NCBI GenBank assembly: GCA_943704425.1
Contig: CALSCP010002759.1
Coordinates: 57,217-121,216, forward strand
Source of the DNA: Ministeria vibrans ATCC 50519
Lineage: Eukaryota; Protista; Filasterea
Direction of reading: 5' to 3'
Length of the DNA stretch: 64,000 bases
Part shown: in pieces, positions 57,765-64,000 of the stretch
Position numbering within the stretch: position 1 is the stretch's first letter
How the letters are laid out: each line of letters opens with the position of its first letter
The notes under the pieces: model-generated
What the model was told of the DNA's origin: nothing
What the model saw: the letters and a program-made list of their open reading frames with translations, nothing else
The model's database searches: none
Program-made: the position numbers and the translations under genes

Positions 57765-58548
57765 TCAAATGCTCGAGGGGTACATCATGATGCGGACCGA
57801 GGCACCAAAAGTCTGCGGGGGAAGGGGGTTGCTGAACTTTGCGCGGACGGAGCCGGTGTGTCCGTGGGTCTTGATGACCTTGCCCCAGATGCAGCGCACC
57901 TTGGTCTTCTCCTTGGTGACGCGGTTCTTGGTCTCACGCGTCGCCTTGTAGACGTAGGCGATCTTCTTGCCGCAGTAGAACTGAGCATCCTGCTTGGTGC
58001 TGCAGCCCTCGACCTTGATCAGCGACGTGTGCGGCTGGTGCTGGTGGTGCGATCGCTAGAAAAAGCACAAGTACGACATAGAATGAGATACAATAAGGTA
58101 ACGCAACCCATAAAAAATACAACAACAACAGCAACACGAGTGGCAAACAGAGAAAACACAGAAGTGACAGCAACACACGGGGAGCATGCCTCGTGGTGGC
58201 ATGCGACTGTGTAGGAAACATTCGTATTCGAAAAAAAAAAAAACTTTCTCTCCGTTGAACGCCCCTCCTCCTCCTCCCTGGCTCTCTCGCTGTCCACGCT
58301 CCCTGTCAATCTCCTCATTCCGTGCAGCTTCCCTCCACACCCCCCAAGAGCGGGGCGTGCGGGCGCGTTGGTCTCGTTGTGCGTCGACACGCGAAGAAAG
58401 TCATGTTCGACGACCCAAACGCATTGCAACACAGGCGAAACGGCGCCAGTAAAACGACGCCTGGCGCATTCAGTGCACCCCTGCCGCTATGCTCAATAGA
58501 TTCCAGCAGCGCGTTGCGCGTTACGCGCCAGACAAAGCAGAACGAGAG

Positions 58549-58583
<35 letters not shown>

Positions 58584-58656
58584 ATGAAAAAAAAATCCTC
58601 TTTACCTTGTAACCAGTGTGGACGCCCTTGGCGTAAAGTCGTGTGGGTCCAGTCAT
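57765..58656 (-). CDS. RPL35A: 60S ribosomal protein eL33 (L35a)
   Basis: [17 protein letters not shown]|[48 protein letters not shown]. Confidence 0.95.
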
Positions 58657-59861
58657 GTTGACGCTCTACGAAAGTGAATAAAAGGTGAGCAAAGGGATTC
58701 TGCACGAGGTTCGCATTTGCAAGGCGGGCGAGAGAGCCACGGACGCCCCGCCGCACCACGCCCATCGCCGCACTGCCACCCTAGGCTGCCCCTCGGCGCA
58801 GACGCGCAGCGAAAGGTCGTCGAGAAAACTTGCAACTCCAGATTTTCATTGCTAGGTAACACTCTGCGCCACAGAGAGTCCATACGACAGCAAACCCATG
58901 CACGACGTATCAATGCGACACACTTACCACAGATTTAGGCGAATTAAAGAGGTCTTTTGTGAGTTTCGTGATCGATTTACAATTCAATAGGAGTTGAGTG
59001 AAAAGTTGGTTGTTGTCCACTTCGACTCTACGAGGCGAGCATGCGTCATTTTGCATTGGAGTAAGTCAGCCAGAACCACTCTAGACAGACTAGTGGGCAT
59101 TAGATCACTCATAGGCGATAGATTTTACATACGTCATATCAATCCCTTCTTCTCCTTAACACTTCACAGTCTGAGAACTTGTCCCCTGTCCAAGTCTAAA
59201 TCATCTATGCGCACCACCACATTGATCATACCAGACCAACCAGAGCACAATGTACGTCTTGCAGTAGCGCAATAGACTGACTCTACGCCGAATTGTGCAG
59301 ATCATCTTGCGGTTGATTTCGACCTAAGTCAATCTGAGGTGAATCATGGGATCATCGTCATTTTTGCCATTTTTTTTCTTCTCGTCCTCCTTTCTTTCGA
59401 CGCTCTTTTGCTACTTCGCGCTTCTTAGGTAGACGATAATACACTCATGCCTAGCATGTGGTGTTCGCCGCTGCGCTCCTTGCGACTCGATAAACCCTCT
59501 TTTTCAATTTTGATTTTTTTTTGCTTTTTTCGTTGTCACTTTCTCTCTGGTCCCATCACGAGCAAACCACTCGAAGGAGTGTGGCGTCCAGTCGACATGG
59601 ATTTCCCCGTGCAGCGTGGTCTCGTGCCTCTGAGCCCCGCCCCTCGATGTGTCTCGATTCCCTTCTTTTTGTCTGTGCTGTCGTTTGCAGCAAAAAAAAA
59701 AAAAAAAAAAAAAAAATTGCGACAACCTTCGCGAAACGACGCGAAAAAATGCCTCTGCTGGGGTCGGGTTGAAGCCAAGTGCTAACGTGTGTTCCATTGC
59801 AGGACGAAGATACGCAGCTCGTTGACGAATCTACGTTTTTGAAAAAAAAAAGCAAACGGCA

Positions 59862-60411
59862 ATGTCCGAAAAACAGCCACCGTCGGGCGGCAGTGCCTCC
59901 GCATCCCCGACCCTCTTGCTGGCCGGCACATATCCGATTCTCTCCAGCAACTCGGCGAGTGCGGCGGCCCCTGGCGAAGTGGGCGTCGCCACGAGTCAAC
60001 CAACTGCCGTTGAGGTGCCGTCACACTCCACGCCAATGTCGCCGCCCAACGCCCCGTACAGCGCTGCTCACTACATGGGCGAGCTGTCCCATGAGCAATA
60101 CGCGGCGCAATGGCCTTCCGTGCACTCGCCCAATCCGGAGGAACTGAGCAACACCAACATCTACATTCGCGGCTTGCGACCCACCACCACCGATGAGGCG
60201 CTCAAAGAGATGTGCTCAAGGTATCCGCATCGCCTTACCAAGCCAGCCATTGGATAACTCTTGTTTGTTTGTGTGTGTGTGTTTCTCTCTCTCTCTCTAT
60301 CACTTTGTTTCTCTCTCTCTCTCTCTATCACTTTGTTTCTCTCTCTCTCTATCACTTTGTTTCTCTCTCTCTCTCTATCACTTTGTTTCTCTCTCTCTCT
60401 ATNNNNNNNNN

Positions 60412-60485
<74 letters not shown>

Positions 60486-61646
60486 AACTCTCTCTCTCTC
60501 TCCCACCTCAACTGACAACACACAAAACGGATAGGATCTTGAGGGAATGTTGAGCACATTTGGGACCATTGTGTCGACGCGAATTCTGCGGGACATCAAC
60601 GGATACAGTCGCGGGGTGGGGTTTGCGCGACTGGAGAGTCACGAAATATGTGAGACTATTATCCAGACTTTCCATAATACTCTGTTGGCGGGTTCGGTTG
60701 AGCCGTTGCAGTGTCGCTATGCCGATTCCGCTGTACAGGTAAGCAAGCACAAATAAGTAATTAGAATGAAAATGTGCTTATGATTGCATTGTGTGTGTCT
60801 GCATGTGTGTGTGTGTGGTAGCGACGTCAACGGTGGAACGCACGCGCAAGAGAAACACAGCGCACTGCCATGTGGAGTATGCAACATCAACAGCAACAGC
60901 AGCAGCAGACACCACATCACCATATGCACCATCACATGGGGGGTGCAGGTGTAGGCCTTGGTGGTGTTGGTGGTGGTGTGAGTGCGGGTGGTATGGGCGC
61001 TGCTGCAGTCGGTGGAGCCTATTTGGGTGCTGGGGGTGCATTGTTTGATGCGGCTGCTGCAATGCAAGCAGCTGCTGCCCGTGCCCCGCCACCAGGCTCG
61101 CCGGGTGCACTCTCTCACCACCCTTACTCTCACTCTCAACAACAACAACAGCAACAACAGGCACAGCAGGCACAACAGTCTCATTTGCTCTCTGTGTACC
61201 AACAACAACAACAACAGTCACACTCACAGCAGAACACCGCCTCACCCTCAGCCTCCCCTCAGCCCCAATCCGCCCATTCCCCATACGCTCTTGCCTCTCC
61301 TGCCGTCGACTACTACGGCCTCAACAACGCATGGCTCCAGCAACAGCTCATGAACCCTGCTGCTGCTGCTGCGGCCGCTGCCGCCGCTGCTGCCGCCGCC
61401 GCCGTCTCTCTTCCTTCCCCGTCTGCGCCCACTCCTCACTCCCCATACGCCCCCGTGCCCACGCCTCTCTCCTACGAGCAGATTATGGTTCTTCAAATGC
61501 AACAAATGCAGTTGCAGCAGCAACAGTACCAACAGGCCCTCAACACACCACAGCCCCCCTCCAATCCCCCTGCGACTGCGTCGACTCCCCCCGCTCAAGA
61601 CGAGCCCCCAAAGTCACCTTCACCTCCCACTCCTCCAACCGAGTGA
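59862..61646 (+). CDS. RBMS/MSSP/Shep-like RRM RNA-binding protein; middle exons missing in the gap
   Basis: EELSNTNIYIRGLRPTTTDEAL; FGTIVSTRILRD..SRGVGFARLESHEICETIIQTFH..EPLQCRYAD; Q/A/P-rich tail. The exons flanking the 60403-60411 gap are phase-incompatible. Confidence 0.85.
60293..60402. repeat. Intronic compound repeat [(CT)n-ATCACTTTGTTT] x4
   Basis: The same unit recurs at 1-25 (reverse), 1300-1410, 37345-37365 and 63825-63955. Confidence 0.85.
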
Positions 61647-61892
61647 GTTTTTTTATTCTTGTGTGTGTGCGCGTGTGAGACTACTTTTTATGTCTCGGAG
61701 CGAATGAAATGTGTACATTGCAATAATAATAAAGAATAATTCATTTTTGATGAAGAAGAACACACAATCACGAAGGATTGAAAGGATTTGTTTATTCAAA
61801 GGAAACGCCAGTTAAAGATACGCGACAGCTCACGACCACTCATTATTAATTTTTTCAGTTTTCGAAACTGAAAAAATTAATCGAGTTTTCGA

Positions 61893-61903
61893 TTTTGGGC
61901 GCG
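61893..61903 (+). promoter_or_regulatory. E2F-like site upstream of the RNR small subunit gene
   Basis: TTTTGGGCGCG about 110 bp upstream of the ATG in an AT-rich promoter. Confidence 0.35.
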
Positions 61904-62013
61904 TGATTTATTTTTCGATCTCTGAGTGACTTCAGACCCTCACTAAGTCACTTGTCAGTTCTTTCTTGATACACTACAGAACCAGCCGTTTCCCCACACT
62001 ACAGACCAACAGC

Positions 62014-63582
62014 ATGCTCAGCGACACCGAACCCATCACCGTGACGGCACAGGCCGTGAAAGACATTGTCACGAAACGCACTGAGGAAGAAGCACTCGCC
62101 ATTGACGCCGAAGAGCCCCTTCTGAAGGCCAACCCCAGGAGATTTGTCCTCTTTCCCCTCCAGGTTTGTCACTGGCGTGTCTTTCCCCTTTGTCTTGTGT
62201 TGTATCTGCCGATTCTTTTTTTTGTTCCCTTTTCACTTCAATCCCCCTCCCGAGTGCTAGCCGCTCCGCTTTGGTGTATGTACGGTCAGTCGTATTTAGG
62301 CGGTGCTACCGATCGCGCCCCTGAAGTATTGCGAGAACTCCGTTGCGTTGTTTGTTGTCAACAACAAAGTCAAGAAAAAAAAACTTTTTTTTCGTCCTAA
62401 TTCAAGAAATGCGTGGTGTATCTCGCTTGTCTTTAGCTGCATTTGCTGTGTGTATCGCTGTGTTGCACACTGGGAAAGCGCTGATGTGCGTGCATACCTG
62501 GATGACTGCCAAGCCAACTTGTGCCTGCTTTTGTCATTCCCGCTCGCTTCCACGCTCAACCCCCTTCGTTTGCTCTGTTCTTTGTAGCACCGGGATATCT
62601 GGGAGTTTTACAAGAAGGCTGAGGCGAGCTTCTGGTAAGACACCCTCTGCTTCCATGTTCGTCGCGAACGCGCTTTTGCTTTTCTTTTCGAAAAGCGCGC
62701 GCAAACGAAAAACGAACCTAATTGCGTGGGGTTTTCTCTGAAACGTGTGTATATGTGTGGTGTGTGTAGGACTGCGGAGGAAGTGGACTTGAGCAAAGAC
62801 CTGGACCACTGGGCGGCGCTGGACGATGGCGAGCGCCATTTCATTTCACACGTCCTTGCCTTCTTTGCCGGTACCCTCTCGACGAGTGCACCCCGTTGGA
62901 TGTGTGTTCATTGTGTGTGTATGTGTGTGTGTGTAGCGTCGGACGGCATTGTGAACGAGAATCTCCTTGAGCGATTCTCAAGCGAAATCCAAATTCCTGA
63001 GGCGCGATGCTTTTACGGATTCCAAATTGCCATTGAGGTACTAAATTTTTCACTTCCTTTATTCCTAGTGCGCGTTGTTTTTCTTAATCCGGTTTTTTGG
63101 GTTGTTAGAACATACACAGTGAAATGTACTCGCTTCTGATCGACACGTACGTGCGCGACACAGCCGAGCGCAACCGTCTGTTTGACGCGATCCACACAAT
63201 GCCGTGTGTTGCCAAGAAGGCCGAGTGGGCCATGAAGTGGATCAGTGACCGGACGTCGACCTTTGGCACGCGTGTCGTTGCCTTTGCCGCTGTCGAGGGC
63301 ATCTTTTTCTCAGGCTCGTTTGCCGCTGTGTTCTGGATGAAGAAACGTGGTCTCATGCCTGGTCTGACCTTCTCCAACGAGCTCATCAGTCGCGACGAAG
63401 TAATGGGAGAAAAAGAAAAAGTTTTTGTGTGTGGTGGATTGATTGTATAACGATAGGGATTGCACTGTGACTTTGCGTGTCTGCTGTTCAATAAGCTGCA
63501 GCACCCGCCCACGCCTGAGGAGGTCACAGCCATCATTGCTGACGCAGTCGCAATCGAACAGGTATGAGTGTGAACAATTTTA

Positions 63583-63616
<34 letters not shown>

Positions 63617-63777
63617 AGTTGTGTGTGTTTTGTATGAAGAGTGTGTCGTCAGATTGAGTGTTTTATATGTGATGAATCTTTAAACTTTTCTTCTTTCTCG
63701 CGTCTCTTTATTAGGAGTTTTTGACTGAGGCACTTCCCGTCCGACTCATTGGAATGAACGAAGAACTGATGAAACAG
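62014..63777 (+). CDS. RRM2: Ribonucleotide reductase small subunit (class Ia R2), 3'-partial
   Basis: [91 protein letters not shown]. Confidence 0.96.
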
Positions 63778-63952
63778 GTTAGAAAGGAACCAAAACACAC
63801 ACACACACACACACACATCTCTCTCTCTCTATCACTTTGTTTCTCTCTCTCTCTCTCTATCACTTGTTTCTCTCTCTCTCTATCACTTTCTCTCTCTCTC
63901 TCTATCACTTTGTTTCTCTCTCTCTATCACTTTGTTTCTCTCTCTATCACTT

Positions 63953-64000
<48 letters not shown>

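Overview
Gene-dense, intron-rich eukaryotic DNA with short GT-AG introns and many (CT)n, (CA)n and (ATT)n microsatellites. It has three N gaps (10993-11598, 34090-34098, 60403-60411). The gene set (CHD6-9-type remodeller, ARHGAP12-like RhoGAP, GNPTG, RBMS, ARL6IP6, DDIAS-like) suggests a unicellular relative of animals; this is inference only. I reconstructed 27 protein-coding genes or fragments by hand-splicing, including SMC2, UAP56/SUB2, eL33, the RNR small subunit, CDK5RAP1, PAQR, ZNHIT3 and a Cdc24-type OB protein. I found no tRNA, rRNA, CRISPR array or transposase. Family assignments come from remembered motifs, not database searches. The most notable items are: (1) an L-domain-like solenoid gene with ten near-identical 81-bp repeats whose variation is concentrated in 4-5 codons that appear shuffled between units, a candidate diversified receptor; (2) a ~1,500-aa CH-domain/repeat/twinfilin fusion with a long EEKT insert inside the second ADF-H domain; (3) a 3.5-kb block in an SMC2 intron carrying two 5'-truncated genes, probably a misassembly; (4) a recurrent intronic CTATCACTTTGTTT motif tied to (CT)n tracts; (5) a 2xBTB protein with ~165 pentapeptide repeats and a 60-aa super-repeat.
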